From contig DAHUZI010000073.1 in the NCBI GenBank assembly GCA_027306595.1, positions 88-64,087 of the forward strand: DNA of 64,000 bases, in the 5' to 3' direction. This DNA comes from Candidatus Dormiibacterota bacterium. GTDB lineage: Bacteria > Chloroflexota > Dormibacteria > Aeolococcales > Bog-877. Both the position numbers and the translations under genes were made by a program. This document shows positions 26,831 through 34,493 of the stretch, piece by piece. The notes below the pieces were generated by a model, which searched no databases, was not told the origin of the DNA, and saw nothing but the letters and a program-made list of their open reading frames with translations. Positions within the stretch are counted from its first letter, which is position 1, and each line of letters begins with the position of its first letter.

Positions 26831-27126
26831 ACGGCCCGCGGCCAGGGCTCTCGATCCACTGCCGGCTGTGGGAACCCGGTGGCAAGGGCTGTGGGCACTG
26901 AGCAAGCCTTCTGGGGGGTGGAGACGGTCCTGCGGGGAGCGTTCCCCATCCACAGGTTTTCCCACCCCGTTTTGAGATCGTGCGATGGGGTTGTCCCCAT
27001 AATCCGCCCGCCTACGACAGCCTCCGAATCTAGAGAGAGCAAGCCTTACTATTCGAGCCTGTTCACAACCCGCCCGCTCGGCCACTAGGGGCTGAGAACG
27101 TACGGGCAGTCAAGGAGTCGCGCCGC
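26831..27126. other. oriC: Probable oriC (DnaA-box cluster plus AT-rich element) in the dnaA-dnaN gap
   Basis: Box-like 9-mers: ccATCCACA 26946..26954, TTGTCCcCA 26991..26999, cTGTtCACA 27059..27067; inverted TGTGGgCAc 26890..26898 and TGTGGgAAc 26867..26875. The AT-rich stretch gaatctagagagagcaagccttactattcgag (about 27026..27057) has 14 G/C of 32 nt by my count. Confidence 0.6.
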
Positions 27127-28296
27127 ATGAGGTGCACGGTCTCACCACAACCCATGGCCGCCGGTCTCGCCGCGGTCACCCGCGTGGTCTCCCCCCGCGC
27201 GACCCTGCCCATCCTCGGCAACGTCCTCGTCGAATGCGAGGGGACGGAGCTGCGGATCGCGGCGACCAACCTCGATCTGTGGCTCCGCCACGTGGAGCCG
27301 GCCGAGGTGGAGGCGCCCGGCCGTGTGACCGTGCCCGCCCGCATCCTCTCCGATTTCGTCGGGGCGCTTCCCGACGCGCCCCTCTCCTGGTCGCTCGACG
27401 CCGACACCCAGACCGTCCACCTCCGGTGCGCGGGGTATGACGCCCACATCCGGGGCGTGGACGCCTCGGAGTTCCCCCAGCTGCCCGCCCTCGACGGGGC
27501 GCTGACGATGGAGCTGGAGGCGGCGGTCTTCGCCCGGGCGTTGGAGCAGACGGTCATCGCCGCCAGCGCCGACGAGGCTCGCCCCCTCTACACGGGGGTC
27601 CTCACCGAGATCAGCGGTTCGCGGATCACCCTGGTGGCGACCGACGGCCACCGGCTCGCCCTGCGTCGGCTCTCGGTCGACCTCCCCGCCGGCGTGGGGA
27701 CCGGCGACGGGGGCGGCGCCGCTGCGGGTGGGGGCGATGCCGCTCCCCAGACGCTCATCGTCCCGGCCCGGGCGCTGGGTGAGCTCGGGCGCCTCTTGCG
27801 AGGCCAGCCCACGGGCACGATGGTCCGGTGCACGGTGGGGGCCGGCCAGACCCAGGCCGGGTTCGAGCTGCCCAGCTACCTCCTGCACACCCGCCTGATC
27901 GAGGGGACGTACCCGAGCTATGCCCGGGTCGTGCCCCAAGGGGGCCAGACCACGGTCAGGCTCGCGAACCGGGAGCTGCTCTCAACCGCCAGGGTCGTGG
28001 CCCTCTTCGCCCGCGATGCCGCCAACGTCGTCAAGCTGCGCTGCGACGAGGGCGCGGTCACGATCTCGGCCAACACGAACGAGGTCGGCGACAACCAGGC
28101 GACGGTCCCGGCGACGACGACCGGGGAGCCGATCAGCATCGCGTTCAACGCCCGCTACCTCCTCGACGTGCTCCAGATCCTGGAGAGCGATGAGGTTGAG
28201 CTGCTCCTGAACGGGTCGCTGGCCCCGGGCCTGGTTCGGGCCGTGGGCGACGACAGCTATGAATACGTGATCATGCCGGTGCGCGTCGCGCTCTGA
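27127..28296 (+). CDS. dnaN: DNA polymerase III beta sliding clamp
   Basis: 389 aa with AGGAG 9 nt upstream. Motifs: ATLPILGNVLVE, LRIAATNLDL, VATDGHRLA, YEYVIMPVRV. Confidence 0.93.
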   Translation: MRCTVSPQPMAAGLAAVTRVVSPRATLPILGNVLVECEGTELRIAATNLDLWLRHVEPAEVEAPGRVTVPARILSDFVGALPDAPLSWSLDADTQTVHLRCAGYDAHIRGVDASEFPQLPALDGALTMELEAAVFARALEQTVIAASADEARPLYTGVLTEISGSRITLVATDGHRLALRRLSVDLPAGVGTGDGGGAAAGGGDAAPQTLIVPARALGELGRLLRGQPTGTMVRCTVGAGQTQAGFELPSYLLHTRLIEGTYPSYARVVPQGGQTTVRLANRELLSTARVVALFARDAANVVKLRCDEGAVTISANTNEVGDNQATVPATTTGEPISIAFNARYLLDVLQILESDEVELLLNGSLAPGLVRAVGDDSYEYVIMPVRVAL

Positions 28297-28453
28297 CCCC
28301 TAGCCCGGCGCGGGCGCACCAGCTCCCCCGTTGCCCGCACCGCGCCAACCGGGGGCGTTCCCGCGATCCCCGGTCGCCTGACGGCGGGCCTCGCCCGTTC
28401 ATCCATTCACCTGGAGAAACCGGCGCGACCGACCTGGCCGCCCGTCCCCACCC

Positions 28454-29629
28454 GTGCACATCGCCCGCCTCCGGCTCTTCGCGTTCCGGTCCCACCGCGA
28501 CGTCCGGCTTGAGCTGGGGCCGGGGCTGACCGTGATCCACGGCCTCAACGGGCAGGGCAAGACCAACCTCCTCGAGGGGATCGCGGTCCTCGCCCTCACC
28601 CGCTCCCCGCTGGCCGACTCGCTCAGCGAGTGCGTCGCCTGGGGGGCGCCGGCGATGCGGCTCACCTCCGAGGTCCAGCGCCGCGACCGCCAGGTGGCGG
28701 TGGACATCCGCTGCGACCGGGAGGGCGAGGGCCAGGGCCGGCTCCGCCGGCAGTACCGCCTGGACGGGCAGGCGCGCGCGGCCCGGGCCCTGCTCGGGGC
28801 TCTGCGGGTGGTCTGCTTCTGGCCCGATGACCTCGGCCTCATCAAGGGAGCCGCCTCCGGCCGCCGGCGGCTCCTCGATGTGGCGCTCAGCCAGGGCGCC
28901 CCTGCCTACGCCGAGGCGGCGGTCCGCTACCGGCGCGCCCTCGAGCAGCGGAACGCGGCTTTGCGGGCGGCGGGGCCGGGCGGGCTCCGGAGCGCGGTCC
29001 AGGCGTGGGACACCGCCCTCATCACCCACGGATCGGTGCTCATCGCCGACCGCGCCGCATTCGTGGCCGCGCTCGCCCCCCTGGCTGCCCTCGCCCTTGC
29101 CGAGGTCGGCGAGCCGGCCCCACTCGCCCTCGCGTATCGACCGCGGCTCTCGGCCGGTCTCGACCCCGGGCCACCGGCCCCAGCTGGCCCCGCCGAGGCG
29201 GCCGAGTGGCTGGCGGAGGCGATCCGCCTCGCCTGGCCGGTGGAGCGGGCGCGGGGCCAGACCCTGGTGGGCCCCCATCGCGACGAGGTCGAGGTCACCC
29301 TCGGCGGGCGGTCGGCCCGAGCCTTCGCCTCCCAGGGACAGCAGCGCAGCATCGTCCTCGCGCTCAAGATCGCCGAGGTCCGCCTCCACCGGCTGGCGTT
29401 GGGGGAGGATCCGGTCCTCCTCCTGGACGACGTGCTGTCCGAGCTGGACCCCGGGCGGCAGGCCGCCCTCCTCGGGGTGCTGGCGGCGGAGGGCCCACGA
29501 CTCCAGACCCTCCTCACCGCAGCGGGGGACGGCCCGCCAGGTGCGGCCGACGCCGCCCATCTCCACCTGACGGAGGGGCGGGTGGAGCCCGAGCGCCCGG
29601 CCCCGGCCGCGGGCGCGCCGCCCCCGTGA
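28454..29629 (+). CDS. recF: DNA replication and repair protein RecF
   Basis: 391 aa from GTG. Motifs: FRSHRDVRLELGPGLTVIHGLNGQGKTNLLEGI, ASQGQQRSIVLALKIAE, LLLDDVLSELD. Confidence 0.92.
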   Translation: MHIARLRLFAFRSHRDVRLELGPGLTVIHGLNGQGKTNLLEGIAVLALTRSPLADSLSECVAWGAPAMRLTSEVQRRDRQVAVDIRCDREGEGQGRLRRQYRLDGQARAARALLGALRVVCFWPDDLGLIKGAASGRRRLLDVALSQGAPAYAEAAVRYRRALEQRNAALRAAGPGGLRSAVQAWDTALITHGSVLIADRAAFVAALAPLAALALAEVGEPAPLALAYRPRLSAGLDPGPPAPAGPAEAAEWLAEAIRLAWPVERARGQTLVGPHRDEVEVTLGGRSARAFASQGQQRSIVLALKIAEVRLHRLALGEDPVLLLDDVLSELDPGRQAALLGVLAAEGPRLQTLLTAAGDGPPGAADAAHLHLTEGRVEPERPAPAAGAPPP

Positions 29630-30009
29630 CCCGCCCCCGTGACCGTCGGCGGGGTCCCTCGAGCCTCCGGCCCGTCGCCGACAGCCTCCCCCGGGTGCTC
29701 CGGCAGATGGGGATCGCCCGGCCGGTGGAGGAGGCGCGCGCCCTGCTCGCGTTCGAGGATCAGTGTGGCCCGTACATCCGGCGCTTCGTGCGCCCACTGC
29801 GGCTCGAGGGGTCGAGCCTCGTCGTCACCTGCGGGCACCCGGCGGTCGCCCACCAGCTCCAGATGGAGTCGCCGCGGCTCCTGGCGACGGTGAACGCGGT
29901 CCTCGAGCGGCCGCGGATCGCCAGGCTCCGCTTCGTCGCCGACCCCGAGATCAGGCCCCAGGGGCCGGCGGCGGCCCCGCCAGCGCCAGGAGACGATCCA
30001 CCACGGTGA
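29626..30009 (+). CDS. dciA: DUF721 / DciA-like protein (position equivalent to mycobacterial Rv0004)
   Basis: GTG 29626 overlaps the recF TGA (GTGA), giving 127 aa. LRPVADSLPRVLRQMGI...RFVRPLRLEGSSLVVTCGHPAVAHQLQMESPRLLATVNAVL fits DUF721. The frame is hidden inside track ORF 29005..30009. Confidence 0.72.
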   Translation: MTRPRDRRRGPSSLRPVADSLPRVLRQMGIARPVEEARALLAFEDQCGPYIRRFVRPLRLEGSSLVVTCGHPAVAHQLQMESPRLLATVNAVLERPRIARLRFVADPEIRPQGPAAAPPAPGDDPPR

Positions 30010-31117
30010 CGGCGGCTTGGGGGCGGCTCCAGCTCCGGGCCGCCGCCCGCATGGCGGCGTACGCCGCGCTTCCCGGGACCGCCACCTGAGCGACGAGGCG
30101 AACGAGGGCGGCGCCGCGGGCCGGCCGGCCGAACCCCGCGCGCGTGACCAGCTCGAGGTTGGGGCGCTCCTGGCCGGGCAGGGCGCCGAGCAGGAGGAGC
30201 GGCAGCCCGGCAGCCGCCGCCTCGGCGACGGTGCTGGGGCCGGCCTTGCCGACGACCAGGTCGGCCGCTCGCAGCCAGCCGACCATGTCCTCGGCCCAGC
30301 CCACGACGCGCAGCGGCACCGGCGGCCGCCAGCGCTCGAGGCGGGCGGCGAGCCGTCGGTTGCGGCCGCACACGACCGCCAGCTGAATGGGCAGTCCCGA
30401 CCACGCGAGCCGGGCGGTGGCCGCCGCCAGCGGGGAGGCCCCCTCGCCGCCGCCGGTCACGAGGACGCAGAAGCGGTCCGGGTGGAGGCCGAGGGCGGCT
30501 CGCAGGCGGCGCCGAGCCGTGGGCCCGGGGCCGGGGTCGGCCAGGGCGGGATGGACCGGAAGCCCCGGGACCTCGATCCGGTCGGCGGGAACGCCGGCGC
30601 GCACAGCCCAGCCGGCCGCATCGGGGCTCCCGGTCAGGGTGAGGTCGGCCCCCGGATGCGCCCAGCTCCGGTGGGCGCCGGCGAGGTCGGTCACCAGCAC
30701 GACCACGGGCGGCCGGTCGCCGGCGGCCAGCTGGGCCCGTGCGGCGAGCGCGGGGGCAACGAGGAGCGGGTGGACCACGCACACGACCGCCGGCCGCCGC
30801 CGCTCGAGCTCAGCCCGCAGCGCTGGGGCCGCCGCCCGGTCGAGGCCGGCGGCGAGCAGTGGCCGCACCCCGGGCGCTTCGGTGAGATGGAAGAGCCCGC
30901 CCCACGCCCACGGCGAGCGGCGGACCAGGGGCCCGTAGAGCGCGAGGAGCCGGCGCAGGGTCGGGGAGGCCCGCTCGAGCGGCTCGTCGACCTGCACCGG
31001 GCGGCCGGGGTGCTGGCAGCGGGCCGCCGCCGCGATCGCGCGGGCCACCCCCTGGTGTCCGCCACCGGTGCCGGCCGTCCAGATGAGGACCGGCGCCGAC
31101 GGACGGCTCGTCGCCAC
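29951..31117 (-). CDS. MGDG-synthase/UgtP-like glycosyltransferase (GT28)
   Basis: I start at GTG 31117, with AGGGAGGAGG directly upstream. Motifs: VLIWTAGTGGGHQGVARAI (N-domain), VVGKAGPSTVAEAAAAGLPLLL (C-domain). Its 3-prime end overlaps dciA convergently by 59 nt. Confidence 0.75.
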   Translation of the reverse strand: MATSRPSAPVLIWTAGTGGGHQGVARAIAAAARCQHPGRPVQVDEPLERASPTLRRLLALYGPLVRRSPWAWGGLFHLTEAPGVRPLLAAGLDRAAAPALRAELERRRPAVVCVVHPLLVAPALAARAQLAAGDRPPVVVLVTDLAGAHRSWAHPGADLTLTGSPDAAGWAVRAGVPADRIEVPGLPVHPALADPGPGPTARRRLRAALGLHPDRFCVLVTGGGEGASPLAAATARLAWSGLPIQLAVVCGRNRRLAARLERWRPPVPLRVVGWAEDMVGWLRAADLVVGKAGPSTVAEAAAAGLPLLLLGALPGQERPNLELVTRAGFGRPARGAALVRLVAQVAVPGSAAYAAMRAAARSWSRPQAAVTVVDRLLALAGPPPAPGA

Positions 31118-31154
31118 TACCTCCTCCCTGGCTCGCGAGACCGTCAAACACCGA

Positions 31155-31163
31155 TGGTAAAGT
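31155..31163 (+). promoter_or_regulatory. Extended -10 (TGgTAAAGT) upstream of the GNAT-mshA-HAD trio
   Basis: ccgaTGgTAAAGTgggg, in a locally AT-richer patch about 125 nt before ATG 31288. Confidence 0.4.
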
Positions 31164-31287
31164 GGGGCGGGCTGGCACGGGCTCGGGGCTGCCACAGGCC
31201 CCAGTGAGGACGACGAGCATCACGGCTTCCTGTGAGGCGCCGTGGGCGACGACCCCGACGGCGGGGGCACCGCCCGCGGCGCTCTTG

Positions 31288-32325
31288 ATGACGGTGTTGA
31301 CGGGTCCGGACGCCCTCCGGGGCCTCGAAGCCGAGTGGCTCGCCCTCCAGGCGCGGATCCACCCGCTCAACCCCTTCCTCAGCTGGCAATGGCAGTGGAG
31401 CTGGTGGGAGGAGTTCGGGGCCGGGCGGGAGCCCCGATGGCTCGCCTGCCGCGCCGACGGTCGGCTGGTCGGCATCCTGCCGCTCTGCTCCGCACCGGGC
31501 GGCGGCGGCGACCTCGCGATCGGGGGTGGTCTCGACCTCAGCGACCACCTGGGGATCCTCGCCGACCGGACCGACCTCCCCGGGGTCGCGGCCGCGGTGG
31601 TCGGGTGGTGGGGGGCCGAGGCTCGGGCCGGCCGTATGCTCGACCTCCACTTCCTGCCGGAGGACGATGCGAGCCTGGCGGCGCTTCGGGCGGCGGCCGT
31701 CGCCGGCGGGCTGCGCGTTGACGATCGGATCGAGGAGGTGAGCCCGGCGGTCGCGGTGCCCGACGACTTCGAGGCCTACCTCGAGGCCCGCCTCGGCAAG
31801 AAGGACCGGCACGAGCTGCGCCGCAAGCGCCGCCGGCTGGACCGCGAGCAGCCTGGCTGGCGGCTCGCCGACCAGCGCCAGCTGGGGCTGGAGCGGGCGC
31901 TCGAGGACTTCTTCGCCCTCCACCGAGCGAGCCACCCCGACAAGGCGGCCTTTCTCACCGAGGCCAACATGCGCTTCTTCCGCCGGGTCGCCGCCCGCCT
32001 GGACGCGGCCGGGTGGCTGCGGCTCCAGGTCCTGCTCACCGGCGACACGCCGGTCGCGGCCACCTTCGGCTTCACCGTGGACCACACCTGGTATCTGTAC
32101 AACTCGGGCTACGACCCGGGGGCCGCCCGCTGGTCGGTCGGGCTCCTGTGCGTCGCCGAGGGCGTGCGGGCGGCGATCGCCGAGGGCTGCGACCGCTGCG
32201 ACTTCCTGCGCGGCAACGAGGCGTACAAGTACGACCTCGGGGCCCACGACCGTGCCCTGCACGCCCTTCGGATCGGGGGGCCGGCCGCCCCCGAGCCCCC
32301 TGGCCCCGGTGTCACCGGCCGCTAG
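31288..32325 (+). CDS. CelD/BcsL-like (Acetyltransf_6, FemAB-fold) GNAT acyltransferase
   Basis: I start at ATG 31288 (MTVLTGPDALRGLEAEWLAL). The track start 31162 remains possible. Motifs: NPFLSWQWQWSWWEEFG, FFALHRASH, YLYNSGYDP, DFLRGNEAYKYDLGA. Confidence 0.72.
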   Translation: MTVLTGPDALRGLEAEWLALQARIHPLNPFLSWQWQWSWWEEFGAGREPRWLACRADGRLVGILPLCSAPGGGGDLAIGGGLDLSDHLGILADRTDLPGVAAAVVGWWGAEARAGRMLDLHFLPEDDASLAALRAAAVAGGLRVDDRIEEVSPAVAVPDDFEAYLEARLGKKDRHELRRKRRRLDREQPGWRLADQRQLGLERALEDFFALHRASHPDKAAFLTEANMRFFRRVAARLDAAGWLRLQVLLTGDTPVAATFGFTVDHTWYLYNSGYDPGAARWSVGLLCVAEGVRAAIAEGCDRCDFLRGNEAYKYDLGAHDRALHALRIGGPAAPEPPGPGVTGR

Positions 32326-33604
32326 ACCGCTCGTCCTGCCCGGCGGGCGCGGCCGCCCCACGGTGGCCGTCCTCAGCCTGCACGCCTCGCCGCTCGCCCG
32401 CCTGGGGGAGCGGGAGAACGGGGGGCTGAACGTCTACGTGCGCGCCGTCTGCGAGGAGCTCGGGGCCCGCGGGATCTCGACCGACGTCTTCGTCCGCCGG
32501 ACCGCCCCGGCCGAGCCGCTGGAGCGCCGGCTGGGGCCGAACGCCCGCGTCATCGCGGTCGATGCCGGCCCGGCGGCCGCGGTGCCGAAGGTGAAGCTGG
32601 CCGGGACTCGGGCCCCCTTCCTGAGCGCCGTGCGGGACTTCATCCGGGACCGTCAGCCCCACTACCGCGCCGTCCACAGCCACTACTGGCTGTCGGGAGA
32701 CGTCGGGGCCGCGCTGGCCGCCGAGCTCGATCTGCCCTGGCTCCACACGGCCCACACCCTGGCTGCGGTCAAGGCCGAGCACGGATTCAACGGCGACGCT
32801 CCCGAACGGCTCCTGGCCGAGCGCCGGGTGGTGGCGGCCGGCGCTCGGCTGGCGGTGAGCACGCCCGAGGAGGCGCGAGACCTCTGCCGGCTGTACGGGG
32901 CGGAGGATGCCCAGTGCGTGGTCGCCCCGCCCGGGGTGGATCTCCACCGGTTCCGCCCGCGCGACACGCGGGCGCTGCGCGCCCGGCTCGGGCTGGAGGG
33001 ACGGCTGGTGGCGCTCTTCGCCGGCCGCCTTGAGCCCCTCAAGGGGCCGGATCTCCTCATCGACGCGTTGGCCGAGCTCGACCGCAGCCCCTGGCTCCGC
33101 CCCGCCCGACCGATCCAGGCGCTGTTCGCAGGCGACGACAGCAGCGAGGGCGCCCGGGTCGGCGAGCGCCAGGAGCTCGCCCGCCGCGCCGAGGCGCTCG
33201 GGCTGGCGGAGCGCGTGACGTTCCTCGGCGCCTGCCCCCAGGCCCGGCTCGCCCACCTCTACAGCCTGGCCGACGTCGTGGTCGTCCCCTCCCACACGGA
33301 GTCGTTTGGGCTGGTGGCGCTGGAGGCTCAGGCCTGCGGGACCCCGGTCGTGGCGGCCGCGGTCGGCGGCCTCCGGCACGTGGCCGCTCACGGCATGACC
33401 GGATCGCTGGTGGGGGGGCGCGACCCCGCCACCTGGGCGGCGGCGATCGCCGCCACCGTGTCCGACCCGATCCGGCGCGAGCGGCTCGGCCGGGCGGCCC
33501 GGCGGCGGGCGGAGACCTTCACCTGGGAGCGCACGGTCGACGTGCTCGCCGGGGAGTACGGGCTGGAGCCCGCGGAGGCGGTTGCCGCCAGCCACTGCGG
33601 CTGA
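32309..33604 (+). CDS. mshA: D-inositol-3-phosphate glycosyltransferase-like GT4 enzyme (MshA-like)
   Basis: GTG 32309 overlaps the upstream gene by 17 nt. LSLHASPLARLGERENGGLNVYV, HSHYWLSGDVG, HTAHTLAAVK, PPGVDLHRFRP, GRLEPLKGPD and VPSHTESFGLVALEAQACGTPVVAAAVGGL track my memory of M. tuberculosis MshA block by block. Confidence 0.8.
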   Translation: MSPAARPLVLPGGRGRPTVAVLSLHASPLARLGERENGGLNVYVRAVCEELGARGISTDVFVRRTAPAEPLERRLGPNARVIAVDAGPAAAVPKVKLAGTRAPFLSAVRDFIRDRQPHYRAVHSHYWLSGDVGAALAAELDLPWLHTAHTLAAVKAEHGFNGDAPERLLAERRVVAAGARLAVSTPEEARDLCRLYGAEDAQCVVAPPGVDLHRFRPRDTRALRARLGLEGRLVALFAGRLEPLKGPDLLIDALAELDRSPWLRPARPIQALFAGDDSSEGARVGERQELARRAEALGLAERVTFLGACPQARLAHLYSLADVVVVPSHTESFGLVALEAQACGTPVVAAAVGGLRHVAAHGMTGSLVGGRDPATWAAAIAATVSDPIRRERLGRAARRRAETFTWERTVDVLAGEYGLEPAEAVAASHCG

Positions 33605-34493
33605 CCGGGGCCGGCCGGTCCGCGCCGCGCTCTTCGACTTCGGGGACACGCTCGGGCGCGTCCATCCCAGCATCACGACCCACTACCGGCGCGCCCTCGC
33701 CGCCCAGGGGATCCCGGCCACGGTGGACGCGGTGCGCCGGGCGCTCCGGGTGGCCGGCGCGCACTACCGGCGGGCGAAGGGGGCGGGCCGCCCGCTCGAG
33801 AGCGACCGCCTTGCGGCGGACGCCTTCTGGCGCGAGTACAACGATGTCCTCCTCCGCAGCCTCGGCGTGAGCCGTGGCCGCGCCGAGCGGGCGGCGGCCC
33901 TGGCCGACGGCTTCTACCACCCGACCGCCTGGCGCTGTTTCCCTGAGGCGCGGCCCGTCCTCCGCCGACTGCGGGCGGACGGGGTCCGGGTCGGCATCGT
34001 GAGCAACTTCACCCCCGCGCTCCTGCGGCTGTGCGATGCCCTCGGCCTCCTCGAGCTCTGCGACGTGGTCCTCGCCTCCACGGTCGTGGGCTCGGAGAAG
34101 CCCGACGTCAGCATCTTCCGGCTCGCGCTCCGCCAGCTCGGGGCCGATCCCCAGCTGACGATCCACGTCGGCGACACCTACACCGCAGACGTGCTCGGGG
34201 CGCGCGCCGCCGGGATCACCCCGGTCCTCGTCGCCCGGGCGGACCGACGGCCGCGGCTCTCGAGCGGGGATGGCGAGCCGGTCCGGGCGGCACTGCCGGG
34301 GCTGGACTGCGCCGTCGTCGACGACCTCTGGGGCGTCGTCTCGATCGTCGGGAACGGTAGAGTGGATACTCGTGGAGTACCGGATCGAGGAGTTGGCCCG
34401 GCGATCCGGGACCGGCGTCGACACCATCCGCTTCTACCAGGGCCGGGGGCTCCTCCCGCCGCCCCGCCGGCAGGGCCGGGTCACCTGGTATGA
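33582..34493 (+). CDS. HAD-superfamily hydrolase (subfamily IA; motif I lacks Asp+2)
   Basis: TTG 33582 (GGAGG upstream) lies 23 nt inside mshA. Motif I LFDFGDTLG, II VGIVSNFTP, III GSEKPD, IV HVGDTYTADVLGA. The first in-frame stop is only at 34493, so about 45 low-GC3 tail codons overlap merR. Confidence 0.72.
   Translation: MPPATAADRGRPVRAALFDFGDTLGRVHPSITTHYRRALAAQGIPATVDAVRRALRVAGAHYRRAKGAGRPLESDRLAADAFWREYNDVLLRSLGVSRGRAERAAALADGFYHPTAWRCFPEARPVLRRLRADGVRVGIVSNFTPALLRLCDALGLLELCDVVLASTVVGSEKPDVSIFRLALRQLGADPQLTIHVGDTYTADVLGARAAGITPVLVARADRRPRLSSGDGEPVRAALPGLDCAVVDDLWGVVSIVGNGRVDTRGVPDRGVGPAIRDRRRHHPLLPGPGAPPAAPPAGPGHLV
34358..34363 (+). promoter_or_regulatory. -10 hexamer TAGAGT, 8 nt before the merR GTG (leaderless arrangement)
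   Basis: ggTAGAGTggatactcGTG. Confidence 0.4.

Noticed and set aside
24191-27085. A 964-aa minus-strand ORF, the longest in that region of the track
   Set aside because: It runs antisense through the GNAT gene and all of dnaA, whose plus-strand products have unmistakable motifs. Its sequence is Arg/Gly/Pro/Ala low-complexity. Only its last 48 codons (rpmH) are real. Stop-poor antisense frames are expected in very GC-rich DNA.
28297-28453. The dnaN-recF gap (157 bp) searched for a small gene (yaaA/S4-like) or additional DnaA boxes
   Set aside because: No ORF with a plausible start and coding bias was found. Only one weak 6-of-9 box-like element (tcatccatt) is present, so nothing is supportable.
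33582-34493. The HAD gene as a frameshifted pseudogene, because it overlaps merR by 122 nt
   Set aside because: All four HAD motifs are intact and in one frame. The overlap is explained by a late stop after the domain ends. No internal stop or frame break was seen.
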